DNA from: Acidobacteriota bacterium | GTDB taxonomy: Bacteria; Acidobacteriota; Thermoanaerobaculia; Multivoradales; JAGPDF01 | NCBI GenBank assembly: GCA_017860005.1 | Contig: JAFNAE010000003.1 | Span: forward strand, 1 to 50,916 | Reading direction: 5' to 3' | Length of the DNA stretch: 50,916 nucleotides | Shown here: positions 12,223-21,262 of the stretch, in pieces | How the letters are laid out: each line of letters starts with the position of its first letter | Position numbering within the stretch: the first letter of the stretch is position 1 | Made by a program: the position numbers and the translations under genes | The notes under the pieces: generated by a model | The model's database searches: none | Told to the model about the DNA's origin: nothing | The model's input: the letters and a program-made list of their open reading frames with translations, nothing else

Positions 12223-12465
12223 GTGAGCGCCGCCGGCGAAGATCTGCTCGCGGTGGTGCGATTGCTGGTCGACGACCCCAAGGCCGCGCGGGTCGAGGAG
12301 GTCGCGACGGGCACGTCGATCGAGTTGTGCCTGGGCCTCGCCGAAGCGGACCGGGGCAAGGTGATCGGGCGCCGCGGACGGACCATCGACGCACTGCGCG
12401 CGCTGGCGCGCTCGCGCGGCGAGCGGGAGGGGCGCGACTATGCCGTCGAGCTCCTCGAAGACTGA
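12223..12465 (+). CDS. khpA: KH-domain RNA-binding protein (KhpA/YlqC)
   Basis: D.GKVIGRRGRTIDALR KH motif; lies between rpsP and rimM. Confidence 0.88.
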   Translation: MSAAGEDLLAVVRLLVDDPKAARVEEVATGTSIELCLGLAEADRGKVIGRRGRTIDALRALARSRGEREGRDYAVELLED

Positions 12466-13009
12466 AGCCCTCCGGAATCTCCCCGAACAGGTTCTGGTCG
12501 GAATCGTGCTGCGCCCGCACGGCCTGCGCGGCGCGGTGGTGGTCGAACCCTGGTCGGACGTGCCGGCGCGTTTCGCGGCGGGGTCCGAGCTCGCGCTCGC
12601 GCCGCGCACGGGCGGGCGCCGCGGCGTGCGGGTGTGCGAGTCGTCGCCGGCCGCCGGTGGCGTGCGCCTGCGCTTCGAGGGGGTCACGACGCGCGAGGAG
12701 GCCGAGACCCTGCGCGGCGCGCGGCTCGAAGTGCCCGCCGCGGCGGTGGTGCCGCCCCCGGCGGGCGCCTACTACCTCTTCGAGCTGGTCGGCTGCCGGT
12801 GCGTGGACCGGCGGCGGGGCGAGCTGGGAGTCGTCGTGGACGTCGTGGAGGGCGGCGGCGGCTGGCTGATCGTGGTCGAGGGCGAGGGCGGACGGCGCTG
12901 GCCGCTGCCGTTCGTCGAGCGCTATCTCGCGCGCGTGGATCGCGGCGCGGGACGGATCGAATGGGAGCTGCCCGAGGGGCTGATCGAAGCGTGCGAATCC
13001 AGGTCCTGA
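12440..13009 (+). CDS. rimM: Ribosome maturation factor RimM
   Basis: VGIVLRPHGLRG, REEAETLRG, YYLFELVG, PFV; operon context; exact start uncertain. Confidence 0.92.
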   Translation: MPSSSSKTEALRNLPEQVLVGIVLRPHGLRGAVVVEPWSDVPARFAAGSELALAPRTGGRRGVRVCESSPAAGGVRLRFEGVTTREEAETLRGARLEVPAAAVVPPPAGAYYLFELVGCRCVDRRRGELGVVVDVVEGGGGWLIVVEGEGGRRWPLPFVERYLARVDRGAGRIEWELPEGLIEACESRS

Positions 13010-13752
13010 CCATCTTCCCGGAGCTCTTCGAGCGCTTCCTCCAGGCCTCGCTGGTGGGCAAGGCGATCGAGAAGGGGGTCCTGCAGGTGTCGGTGCGCGA
13101 CCTGCGCGACTTCGCGCCCGACCGCCATCGCACGGTGGACGACGTGCCCTACGGCGGGGGCGGCGGCATGGTCATGGTGGCGCCGGTCTGGCTGCGCGCC
13201 GTGCGGGCCCTGGCCGGGGAGGCGCGGCCCTGGCGGGTCCTGCTCTCGCCCCAGGGCCGGCGCCTGGACGACGCCCGGGTGCGGGAGCTCGCCGGCCGGG
13301 GCGATCTGCTCCTGCTCTGTGGCCGCTACGAAGGCCTCGACGAGCGCGTGCGCGAGCTGGTCGTGGACGAGGAGGTCTCGATCGGCGACTACGTGCTGTC
13401 GGGCGGCGAGCTGCCCGCGATGGTCCTGATCGAGGCGGTGTCGAGAGAGGTGCCGGGAGTCGTCCAGCTCGCCGACTCGGTGACGCGCGACAGCTTCCGC
13501 TCGGGTCTGCTCGATCACCCCCACTACACCCGTCCGCCGGAGGTCGAGGGGCTGAGGGTGCCCGAGGTCCTGCTCTCCGGGGACCACGCGGCGATCGAGC
13601 GCTGGCGCGAGCTGGCGGCGCTCGAGGCGACGCGCCGGAAGCGCCCGGATCTGCTCGGGCAGGCCCGGCTGTCGCCGGCCCAACGCCGGGAGCTGGACCG
13701 CCTGGGGGCCGCGGCCGGGGCCGGCGGGGTTGCCGGAAGTCGAGATAGTTGA
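12991..13752 (+). CDS. trmD: tRNA (guanine37-N1)-methyltransferase
   Basis: (M)RIQVLTIFPE, VDDVPYGGGGGMVM, CGRYEGLDER, SIGDYVLSGGE, YTRP, LLSGDH. Confidence 0.97.
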   Translation: MRIQVLTIFPELFERFLQASLVGKAIEKGVLQVSVRDLRDFAPDRHRTVDDVPYGGGGGMVMVAPVWLRAVRALAGEARPWRVLLSPQGRRLDDARVRELAGRGDLLLLCGRYEGLDERVRELVVDEEVSIGDYVLSGGELPAMVLIEAVSREVPGVVQLADSVTRDSFRSGLLDHPHYTRPPEVEGLRVPEVLLSGDHAAIERWRELAALEATRRKRPDLLGQARLSPAQRRELDRLGAAAGAGGVAGSRDS

Positions 13753-13783
13753 GACAATTGCCAGTCCTTTTTGAGGTGCCGTG

Positions 13784-14155
13784 ATGAGCCAGCTGCTGGA
13801 GATCGAACGCGCGTTCCTGCGTCCGGAGTTCCCCGAGTTCCGACCGGGCGACACGGTGCGCGTACAGGTCAAGGTCGTGGAAGGCGAGAAGGAGCGCCTG
13901 CAGGCGTTCCAGGGCGTCGTGATCTCGCGCAAGGGGGGCGGGACGCGCGAGATGTTCACCGTGCGGAAGATCTCCGCCGGGGTGGGGGTCGAGCGCATCT
14001 TCCCGTTGCACGCGCCGGTGGTGGACAAGATCGAGGTCGTCCGCCGGGGCCGGGTGCGCCGGGCGAAGCTCTACTACCTGAGGCAGTTGCGCGGCAAGGC
14101 GGCGAGGATCGAAGAGCGCCGCGACGAGGTTGCGACCGTCCGCAACGAGGACTGA
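13784..14155 (+). CDS. rplS: 50S ribosomal protein L19
   Basis: [40 protein letters not shown]; GAGGTG RBS. Confidence 0.98.
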   Translation: MSQLLEIERAFLRPEFPEFRPGDTVRVQVKVVEGEKERLQAFQGVVISRKGGGTREMFTVRKISAGVGVERIFPLHAPVVDKIEVVRRGRVRRAKLYYLRQLRGKAARIEERRDEVATVRNED

Positions 14156-14195
14156 CCGGACCGTCGCGCGAAGGCGGCGGCTCGGGGAGGAGAGG

Positions 14196-14849
14196 TTGGC
14201 CACCATCGCGGATCTGTGGGGGGAGCTCCTCCGGCTCGGCTGGATGAGCCGGCTGGAGGAGGCGCTCGGCGCCGCTGCATGCGGCGATGTGGCCGGCGTG
14301 GACGAGGCCGGCCGCGGCGGTCTGGCCGGGCCCGTGGTGGTCGCCGCGGTGATCCCCGAGCCGACGCGCCGGGTGGCGGGCGTGGACGACTCCAAGAAGC
14401 TCGACGCGCGCGCCCGCGAGCGGCTCGCGGTCGAGATCCGGCTCGGCGCCCGCGCCTGGGCCACCGCCGCGATTCCCGCCGCCGAGATCGACGCCACCGA
14501 CGTGCTCGCCGCCACCCGCCACGGTGCCCGCGAGGCGCTGGCCCGCCTCGGCCGGCGCCCGGCCGTGGTGGTCACCGACGCGCTCCCCCTGCCGGGCCTC
14601 GAGATCGCCTGCCTGCCGGTGGTCAAGGGCGACGCCTGGTGCTATGCCGTGGCCTGCGCCTCGATCCTGGCCAAGGTCGAGCGCGACCGGCTCCTGACCG
14701 ATCTCGATCGCGACTTCCCGCACTACGGGTTCGCCCGGCACAAAGGCTACGGCGCGCCCGAGCACCTCCGGGCGCTGGCACGCTTCGGCCCGAGCCCGGT
14801 TCACCGCCTCACCTTCGCGCGCGTCGTGCCGCGGCGGGAGGCCGCCTGA
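14196..14849 (+). CDS. rnhB: Ribonuclease HII
   Basis: GVDEAGRG.LAGPV, DSKKL, KGD, ASILAKVERD, HKGY; start uncertain (TTG 14196 with GGAGG, or ATG 14244). Confidence 0.93.
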   Translation: MATIADLWGELLRLGWMSRLEEALGAAACGDVAGVDEAGRGGLAGPVVVAAVIPEPTRRVAGVDDSKKLDARARERLAVEIRLGARAWATAAIPAAEIDATDVLAATRHGAREALARLGRRPAVVVTDALPLPGLEIACLPVVKGDAWCYAVACASILAKVERDRLLTDLDRDFPHYGFARHKGYGAPEHLRALARFGPSPVHRLTFARVVPRREAA

Positions 14850-17329
14850 TGGCGCTGAACCGCGAGAAGGTCCTCGAGGTCGCGGAGAAGCTGATCGCCC
14901 GCGGCAAGGTGGACGCCGCGATCCAGGAGTACCGCAAGCTCCTGGCCGACAATCCGAAGGACATCGCGCTCCTCAACAGGGTCGGGGACCTCTACGTCCG
15001 GATCAGCCGCAACGACGAGGCGGTCCGGCTCTTCCTGCAGCTCGCGGCGCGCTATTCGGAGGACGGCTTCTTCGTCAAGGCGATCGCGATCTACAAGAAG
15101 ATCCTGAAGTTCGATCCGACGCGCCTGGTCGTCTACGAGAAGCTCGCGGACCTCTACCACAAGCAGGGCCTGGCCAACGAGGCGCGCGCCCAGTACGAGG
15201 TCCTGGTCGACTACCACCACAAGCACGCCGATCCCAGGTCGGCCGCCGGCGTCCTCGAGAAGATGGCGGAGCTCGACGCCGACGACCCCAAGCCGCGCGC
15301 GCGCCTGGCGGAGATCTACCACCAGCTCGGCGATCGCGAGCACGAGCTGCGCGAGTACCGGACCCTGGCCGAGCTGATGATGAAGCACGGGCGCTGGGAC
15401 GAGGCGGCGCAGGTCTACGGGCGGGCGCTCGCCGTCGCGCCCGACGACCTGTCGTTCGTCACCGACGCGGTGCTCGGCCTCAAGGACGCCGGGCAGGTGG
15501 GAGCCGCCGCGAAGCTGCTGGCGATCGCGGTGGAGAAGAACCCGCAGGCCGAGCGCATCGCCCGCCTGGCGGGCCTCTCGCGCGAGCCGCGCGCGGCGGC
15601 CCAGGCTCCTCCGGCGGCGAAGCTGGACACGACGAGCGCCGGGTTGCGCGTGCGCGACGTGGCGCCGCCGCCGCCCGAGCTCGAGGTGCGTCCGCCCGAG
15701 CCACCGGCGCCGGAGCAGGCGCTCGAGCCCGAGTTCATCGTCGAGCTGCCCGACGAAGGGCTGCCCTCGACCGAAGTGCGGCCGACCGAGGAGATGCTGC
15801 GCCGGTCGCCGGAGTCGCCCTGGTTCGCGGCCGAGGAGTTCGTGCTCGAGATCGAGGGCGTCGAGGCGGAGGCGCCCCTGGCGCCGGAGGCGGCGGCGCC
15901 ACCGGCGCCCGCCGCGCCGGCTCCGCCGGAGATCGACTGGAGCTTCGAGGCGGAGCCGGAGCTCGAAATCGAGCTGCCCGTGCTGCCGGAGGTCGAGCCG
16001 GCCGTGGCTCCGCGCGACGAGGCTCCGCCGCCCGCCGAGCCCGCGCCTCCCGCGCCGCCGGTGTCGGTGCCATTCGAGGTCGGACTGGACCTCGAAGAGC
16101 TCGAGCGCACCGCCTACGAAGTGGCTCCGGTGGAGGTTCCCGTGGGCCGGCGCCTGGCCGACCTGCTCGCCGAGGCCGAGGTGTTCCGCAAGTACGGGCT
16201 GCGCGAGAAGGCCCACGACCGGATCCGCGAGATCCTCCACCACGAGCCGCAGCATCTCGAGGCGATGGCCCTGCTGGTGGCGCTCCTGCTCGAGGAAGGC
16301 AAGCACGACAAGGCGCTCGCGCGCGCCCAGCAGCTGGCCGGGATGGTCTCGGGGCGCGCCGAGGCCGAGACGCTCTGGCCGGGCGTCGAGCAGAAGCTCG
16401 CCAAGGCCGGCTACCGCATCGAAGCCGGACAGCCCGTGGCGCCGCCAGCGCCGAAGAAGGTGCGCAAGGACTCGGTGGCGGCCCTGCTCGAGGACCTGGT
16501 CGGCCTGACCGGCGAGCCGAAGAAGGCGCGCCCGGCCGCGCGCAAGGCCGGGGCCGCCGCTCCGGCGGTGCCCGAGACGCTCCCGGCGCCTCCGCCACCG
16601 CCGGCCCGCCGACCCGCGCCGGCTCCACCGGCGGTGCCGGCCCCTCCGCCGCCCGCCGCCCAGGCCCCTCCGCCCGCGGCCGGCGCCGACGAGGGACTCG
16701 GCTGGCTCGAAGAGCCGAAGGCCCGGACGCCCGCGCCGCCGCCGCTCTCGGCGCCGCCGCCCGCGGCCGCCCCGGCGCGGCCGAGCGCCGACGAAAAGCT
16801 GTTCGAGGACGAGGAGGGCTTCTTCGACCTCGCCGCCGAGCTCGAGGAGGAGCTCTCGAAGGAGGAGCTGCTCGCCGCCACCGGCCCGCTCGGGCGCGAG
16901 GAGCCCTCGCTCGAGGAGATCGTGGAGGGATTCAAGAAGGGGGTCGCCGAGAGCCTCTCCGCGGAGGACTACGACACCCACTTCAACCTCGGCATCGCCT
17001 ATCGCGAGATGGGCCTGATCGACGAGGCGATCGGCGAGTTCCAGCTCGCGGCCAAGGACGCGAAGTACCTGATCGACTGTTGCTCGCTGCTCGGCGGCTG
17101 CTTCCTGGACAAGGGGCTGCCGGAGCTGGCGGTGAAGTGGTTCCGCAAGGGTCTCGAGGTGCCGGACCTGCCCGAGGAGGCGACCCTCGGTCTCCTCTAC
17201 GATCTCGGCAATCTCTACCTCACCACGGGTGAGCGCGAGCGGGCCCTCAAGACCTTCGTCGAGATCTACGGCATCAACTCCAACTACCGCGACGTGGTGG
17301 CGAAGCTCGAGGAGCTCGGGCACCACTGA
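14849..17329 (+). CDS. TPR scaffold protein with acidic Pro/Ala-rich linker (SgmX/FimV-like)
   Basis: N-terminal TPR array, EAEVFRKYGL helix block, long low-complexity linkers, C-terminal DYDTHFNLGIAYREMGLIDEAIGEF TPR; TGATG coupling to rnhB. Confidence 0.8.
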   Translation: MALNREKVLEVAEKLIARGKVDAAIQEYRKLLADNPKDIALLNRVGDLYVRISRNDEAVRLFLQLAARYSEDGFFVKAIAIYKKILKFDPTRLVVYEKLADLYHKQGLANEARAQYEVLVDYHHKHADPRSAAGVLEKMAELDADDPKPRARLAEIYHQLGDREHELREYRTLAELMMKHGRWDEAAQVYGRALAVAPDDLSFVTDAVLGLKDAGQVGAAAKLLAIAVEKNPQAERIARLAGLSREPRAAAQAPPAAKLDTTSAGLRVRDVAPPPPELEVRPPEPPAPEQALEPEFIVELPDEGLPSTEVRPTEEMLRRSPESPWFAAEEFVLEIEGVEAEAPLAPEAAAPPAPAAPAPPEIDWSFEAEPELEIELPVLPEVEPAVAPRDEAPPPAEPAPPAPPVSVPFEVGLDLEELERTAYEVAPVEVPVGRRLADLLAEAEVFRKYGLREKAHDRIREILHHEPQHLEAMALLVALLLEEGKHDKALARAQQLAGMVSGRAEAETLWPGVEQKLAKAGYRIEAGQPVAPPAPKKVRKDSVAALLEDLVGLTGEPKKARPAARKAGAAAPAVPETLPAPPPPPARRPAPAPPAVPAPPPPAAQAPPPAAGADEGLGWLEEPKARTPAPPPLSAPPPAAAPARPSADEKLFEDEEGFFDLAAELEEELSKEELLAATGPLGREEPSLEEIVEGFKKGVAESLSAEDYDTHFNLGIAYREMGLIDEAIGEFQLAAKDAKYLIDCCSLLGGCFLDKGLPELAVKWFRKGLEVPDLPEEATLGLLYDLGNLYLTTGERERALKTFVEIYGINSNYRDVVAKLEELGHH

Positions 17330-17334
17330 CGCCC

Positions 17335-18486
17335 ATGCGACGGCGTCGCCGGGCAGGAGAGGCGCCGGACTCCGAGCCCACCGCGTCCCGCCGCGAAGGC
17401 GGCGCGCGGTGGGCCTGGTGGATCGCCGCCGGGGCGCTCGCGGCGCTGCTCGCCGCGCGCTACGCGCCCCGCCTCACGGGCTCGTTCGCGCCGCGTGCCC
17501 TGGCCGCCCACGTGGCGCTGCTCGCCGAGGGCGAGGCGGTGGCGAGCGACGGGCCGCACGAGCTCGCCGCCGGCCGGGCCTTCCGCCTCCACGCGGTGCT
17601 CGAAGCGGAGACGATCACCGGCCGCAGGGTCTGGTTCAGCGAGGCGCCGGCGCTGCGGCTCGGCGGCCGCGACGTGCCCGCCGACGCGATCCGACCCTGG
17701 CCCGAGGCCTCGACGGCGCGCGTACGCTGGCTCACGGTCGAGGGCTTCGCTCCCTTCGTGGAGGCGGCTTCGGCGGCCGACCTCGACCGCTTCGCCTACC
17801 TCGAGACCTTCCACCCCGAGTGGGGGAGCGGCTGGACGGTCGAGGGCGTCGTCGACCCCCGCCTCGCCCTCGCCGACTCCGATCTCGCGCTGCGCCCGCT
17901 CGGCTTCGGCGTTCAGCGCTGGACCGTGCGCATCGAGCGTTACGAGGCCGCGGCGGCGCTCACCCCCAGCGAGCGTACCGTCGCGCCGGGCGCCGCCCGG
18001 CTGCTGACGTCGCCCGCGCTGGTGACCTCCGCGGTGGCGACCCTCCCGGCGCCGCTCGCGGCGGTCTCGGCCGCCTTCGGGCGGCCGCTCGTGGCGCCCG
18101 CGGCCGGCCTCGACGCGAGCGGGATCGAGCGCATCGAGGGCTGGGTCGCCGCGGGGCTCGCGGTGCGCGGCGACCGCCTGCTCGCGGCGCACCTGATGGC
18201 AGCGGGTCGGCGCGTCGAGGACCTGACCTTCGAGGTGGTGGAGCTCGGCGCCGAGGGCCCCCGCTGGGGCGACGAAGCCGCGGCGGGTGACCTGTTGCGC
18301 GCCGGCGGACGGATCGTGATCCTCTTCCGCGACGCGGGCGAGCCCGGGCGCCTCGATCCCGCGGATCTCGCCTTCGACCTCGGCCGAGGCCTGCGCGTGC
18401 AGCGCCTGGACCGCCTCTTCCTGGCCGAGGGCGGGCGCCTGCGCCTCGACCTGGCGAGGCTCGCGCCGGCCCCGGGCGGGACCTGA
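17335..18486 (+). CDS. Hypothetical membrane-anchored protein
   Basis: Fills the gap between co-oriented genes; single N-terminal TM (WAWWIAAGALAALLA); typical codon use. Confidence 0.65.
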   Translation: MRRRRRAGEAPDSEPTASRREGGARWAWWIAAGALAALLAARYAPRLTGSFAPRALAAHVALLAEGEAVASDGPHELAAGRAFRLHAVLEAETITGRRVWFSEAPALRLGGRDVPADAIRPWPEASTARVRWLTVEGFAPFVEAASAADLDRFAYLETFHPEWGSGWTVEGVVDPRLALADSDLALRPLGFGVQRWTVRIERYEAAAALTPSERTVAPGAARLLTSPALVTSAVATLPAPLAAVSAAFGRPLVAPAAGLDASGIERIEGWVAAGLAVRGDRLLAAHLMAAGRRVEDLTFEVVELGAEGPRWGDEAAAGDLLRAGGRIVILFRDAGEPGRLDPADLAFDLGRGLRVQRLDRLFLAEGGRLRLDLARLAPAPGGT

Positions 18487-18512
18487 GCCGGGGCGGTGGG
18501 AGAATCCCGACC

Positions 18513-19898
18513 GTGCGCGGCCCGACCCTGTTCGACGACGGCCCGGAGCCCGCGGCGAGCCGGCCCGCGGCCGGATCTCCGCTCGCCGACCGCATGCGCC
18601 CGCGCGCGCTCGACGAGGTGGTCGGGCAGGCGCGCGTGGTGGGGAGCGGCGGCTTCCTGCGCCAGGCGATCGAGGCCGACCGCGTCCCCTCGCTCGTCTT
18701 CTGGGGTCCGCCGGGCTCGGGCAAGACCACGCTCGCCCGGCTGATCGCCGCCTCGACGCGGGCGCACTTCGTGCCCTTCTCGGCGGTGGTCTCCGGGATC
18801 CAGGAGATCAAGCGCGTGATGGCCGACGCCGAGCGCCTGCGCGCCGCCACCGGGCGGCGCACGCTGCTCTTCGTCGACGAGATCCACCGCTTCAACCGCG
18901 CGCAGCAGGACGCCTTCCTGCCCTACGTCGAGCGCGGGGACATCGTGCTGGTGGGCGCCACCACCGAGAATCCGTCGTTCGAGCTCAACTCGGCGCTGCT
19001 CTCGCGCTGCCGCGTGGTGGTCCTCGATCCCCTCTCGCCGGAGGACCTCACGACGCTGGTCGAGCGTGCCCTCCGGGACCGCGAGCGGGGCCTGGGCGGG
19101 GCGGCGACGGAGCTCGATCCCGGGGCCGTGGCCGCGATCGCCCAGCTCGCCTCCGGTGACGCCCGGCGGGCCCTGTCGCTGCTCGAGACGGTGGTCGCCG
19201 ACGCCGTCGCGTCGGGGCGGGGCCAGCTCGGGCCCGAGGACGTGATCCGCGTGGCGCAGCGCAAGGTGCTGCTCTACGACAAGGCGGGCGAGGAGCACTT
19301 CAACCTGATCTCCGCCCTCCACAAGTCGCTGCGCGAGAGCGACCCGGACGCGGCGCTCTACTGGCTGGCGCGCATGCTGCGGGCCGGCGAGGACGCCGAC
19401 TACGTGGCGCGCCGCCTGGTGCGCTTCGCGGTCGAGGACGTCGGGCTCGCCGATCCGTCCGCGCTCGAGCGCGCGCTGGCCGGCTGGCAGGCGTACGAGC
19501 GCCTGGGCAGCCCCGAGGGCGACCTGGCGCTCGCCCAGGTCGTGGTGGCCCTGGCCCTGGCGCCCAAGAGCGTCTCGGTCTACCGGGCGTGGGGCAGGGT
19601 CCTGGAGACGATCGAACGGCGCCCGGCCGACCCGGTTCCGCCGGCGATCCGCAACGCGCCGACACGCCTGATGCGCGAGGTCGGCTACGGTGCCGGCTAC
19701 GTCTACGCGCCCGACACGGAGAGCGGCGTCGCCGGGCTCGGCTGCCTGCCCGAGGCGCTCGCGGGCACGCGCTTCTGGGAGCCGACACGCAACGGCCTCG
19801 AGGCGCGGCTCGCCGAGCGCCGTGCCGAGCTCGACCGTCTCCGCGCCGAGGCGCGGCGCCGTGCGGGCGAGCCGGGCCCCGGCGGCTCCGAGCCCTGA
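18513..19898 (+). CDS. rarA: Replication-associated recombination protein A (MgsA/RarA AAA+ ATPase)
   Basis: PLADRMRP, GPPGSGKTT, FVDEIHRFNRAQQD, GATTENPSF, ISALHKSLR.SD, EDVGLAD. Confidence 0.96.
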   Translation: MRGPTLFDDGPEPAASRPAAGSPLADRMRPRALDEVVGQARVVGSGGFLRQAIEADRVPSLVFWGPPGSGKTTLARLIAASTRAHFVPFSAVVSGIQEIKRVMADAERLRAATGRRTLLFVDEIHRFNRAQQDAFLPYVERGDIVLVGATTENPSFELNSALLSRCRVVVLDPLSPEDLTTLVERALRDRERGLGGAATELDPGAVAAIAQLASGDARRALSLLETVVADAVASGRGQLGPEDVIRVAQRKVLLYDKAGEEHFNLISALHKSLRESDPDAALYWLARMLRAGEDADYVARRLVRFAVEDVGLADPSALERALAGWQAYERLGSPEGDLALAQVVVALALAPKSVSVYRAWGRVLETIERRPADPVPPAIRNAPTRLMREVGYGAGYVYAPDTESGVAGLGCLPEALAGTRFWEPTRNGLEARLAERRAELDRLRAEARRRAGEPGPGGSEP

Positions 19899-19997
19899 GC
19901 GGCGCTGCCGGGGCGAGCCGCCGGCGGGCGGGGTGCAGGGCGCTGGCGGGGCTGGTAACCTCGGCCCAGGTTCTGGAACGCCTCCGCCGGAGGGAGC

Positions 19998-20372
19998 ATG
20001 TCGATGGAGCAGGGGCAGGGCCTGTCGTTCGCCGACCGGGTCCGTATCCGGAACGCGCCGGAGACCGTCGCGCGCAGGCTGGCCGGCCGCGTCGGCGAGA
20101 TCCACGGTTTCACCATGCCGGCCTCGTCCGGCGTCGACGTGATCGGCGCCTCGGCCCACGAGGTGGCGCTCGGCGTCTACTTCGACGAGCTCAAGGAGGC
20201 GCTCTGGTTCGCGCCCGAGCTGCTCGACTTCGTCGATCACGGCGAGGGCACGACGATCCGCGTGCAGGGCAGCGACGTCGAGTGGGTCAAGACCGAGCGC
20301 GGCGACTGGCTGCAACAGCGCCGCCAGGTGCCGTGGCGCGCCCGCTTCGTGCGCTGGCTCGCGGGGCAGTGA
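19998..20372 (+). CDS. Hypothetical protein, probably small beta-barrel
   Basis: GGAG RBS, typical codon use, globular-looking sequence. Confidence 0.65.
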   Translation: MSMEQGQGLSFADRVRIRNAPETVARRLAGRVGEIHGFTMPASSGVDVIGASAHEVALGVYFDELKEALWFAPELLDFVDHGEGTTIRVQGSDVEWVKTERGDWLQQRRQVPWRARFVRWLAGQ

Positions 20373-20483
20373 GGCGTTCGCGCCGCGGCGTGCGGCGCGC
20401 TCGCCTCGTCGAGGTCCACCGGAGGGCGAACTGGATGGGCGGCGCGGCCTGCTGGCGGGTCGCCGCCGGCTCCCGGAGGGCGC

Positions 20484-20960
20484 ATGGACGGCAAGGTCGA
20501 GATGCTGCGTCACACTCTGGCGACGCTCGCCTACCGGGGCGGCAAGGCGATGCGCGGAGCGCCCGCCGGGTTCGGCGAGGTCCGCGCCGCGCCGGAGAGC
20601 CGCTGCGCGGGCGAGATCCTCGCCCACGTCGGCGACCTGCTCGACTGGGCGCTGGCGCTTGCCGACGGCGAGCACCGCTGGCGCGAGACGCCGAGGAGAG
20701 GCTGGGAGGACGACGTGCGCCGCTTTCACGACGGCCTCGCCGCGCTCGATGCGCGGCTGGCCTCGGGCGCGCCGCTCGGATTCCCGCCCGAGCGGCTCTT
20801 CCAGGGGCCGGTGGCGGACGCGCTCACCCACGTCGGCCAGATCGCGCTCCTGCGCCGGCTGGCCGACGCCCCCGTGCGCGGCGAGAACTACTTCAAGGCC
20901 GAGATCGAGGCCGGCCGGCTCGGCCCGGCGCAGGCGGCGCCGCGGCGCGAGTTCGACTGA
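20484..20960 (+). CDS. DinB/YfiT-like four-helix protein
   Basis: EILAHVGD and DALTHVGQIALLRR His motifs; GGAGG RBS. Confidence 0.75.
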   Translation: MDGKVEMLRHTLATLAYRGGKAMRGAPAGFGEVRAAPESRCAGEILAHVGDLLDWALALADGEHRWRETPRRGWEDDVRRFHDGLAALDARLASGAPLGFPPERLFQGPVADALTHVGQIALLRRLADAPVRGENYFKAEIEAGRLGPAQAAPRREFD

Positions 20961-20978
20961 GGGCCGTGGCGGCGCGGC

Positions 20979-21003
20979 GGAACTTCGCCCGGCGCGCCAC
21001 GTA
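20979..21003 (+). promoter_or_regulatory. ECF sigma-type promoter upstream of the PspC gene
   Basis: GGAAC (20979-20983), 16 nt, CGTA (21000-21003). Confidence 0.6.
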
Positions 21004-21028
21004 GAGGAGCTCGAAGGGGGGTGCCGTC

Positions 21029-21238
21029 ATGTCGACCGCCATCGTCGAGCGCCGCCTCCGGCGCAGCCGCCGGCACGCGATGCTGGGCGGAGTGATCGGA
21101 GGCTTCGCGGAGTACTTCGACCGCGATCCGACGCTGCTGCGCGTCCTCTACGTGCTGGTCTCGATCCTCTCGGCGGCGTTTCCGGGGATCCTGGTCTACC
21201 TGGTGCTCTGGCTGCTCATCCCGCGCGCGGAGTCCTGA
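21029..21238 (+). CDS. pspC: PspC-domain protein
   Basis: RLRRSRRHAMLGGVIGGFAEYFDRDPTLLR...YLVLWLLIP. Confidence 0.9.
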   Translation: MSTAIVERRLRRSRRHAMLGGVIGGFAEYFDRDPTLLRVLYVLVSILSAAFPGILVYLVLWLLIPRAES

Positions 21239-21262
21239 GCGCGGCGGGCGGGCCGGGCCGAT

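Noticed and set aside
16530-16790. GCC/CCG-rich quasi-repeats
   Set aside because: They encode the Pro/Ala linker of the TPR protein; no fixed-period repeat or spacer structure.
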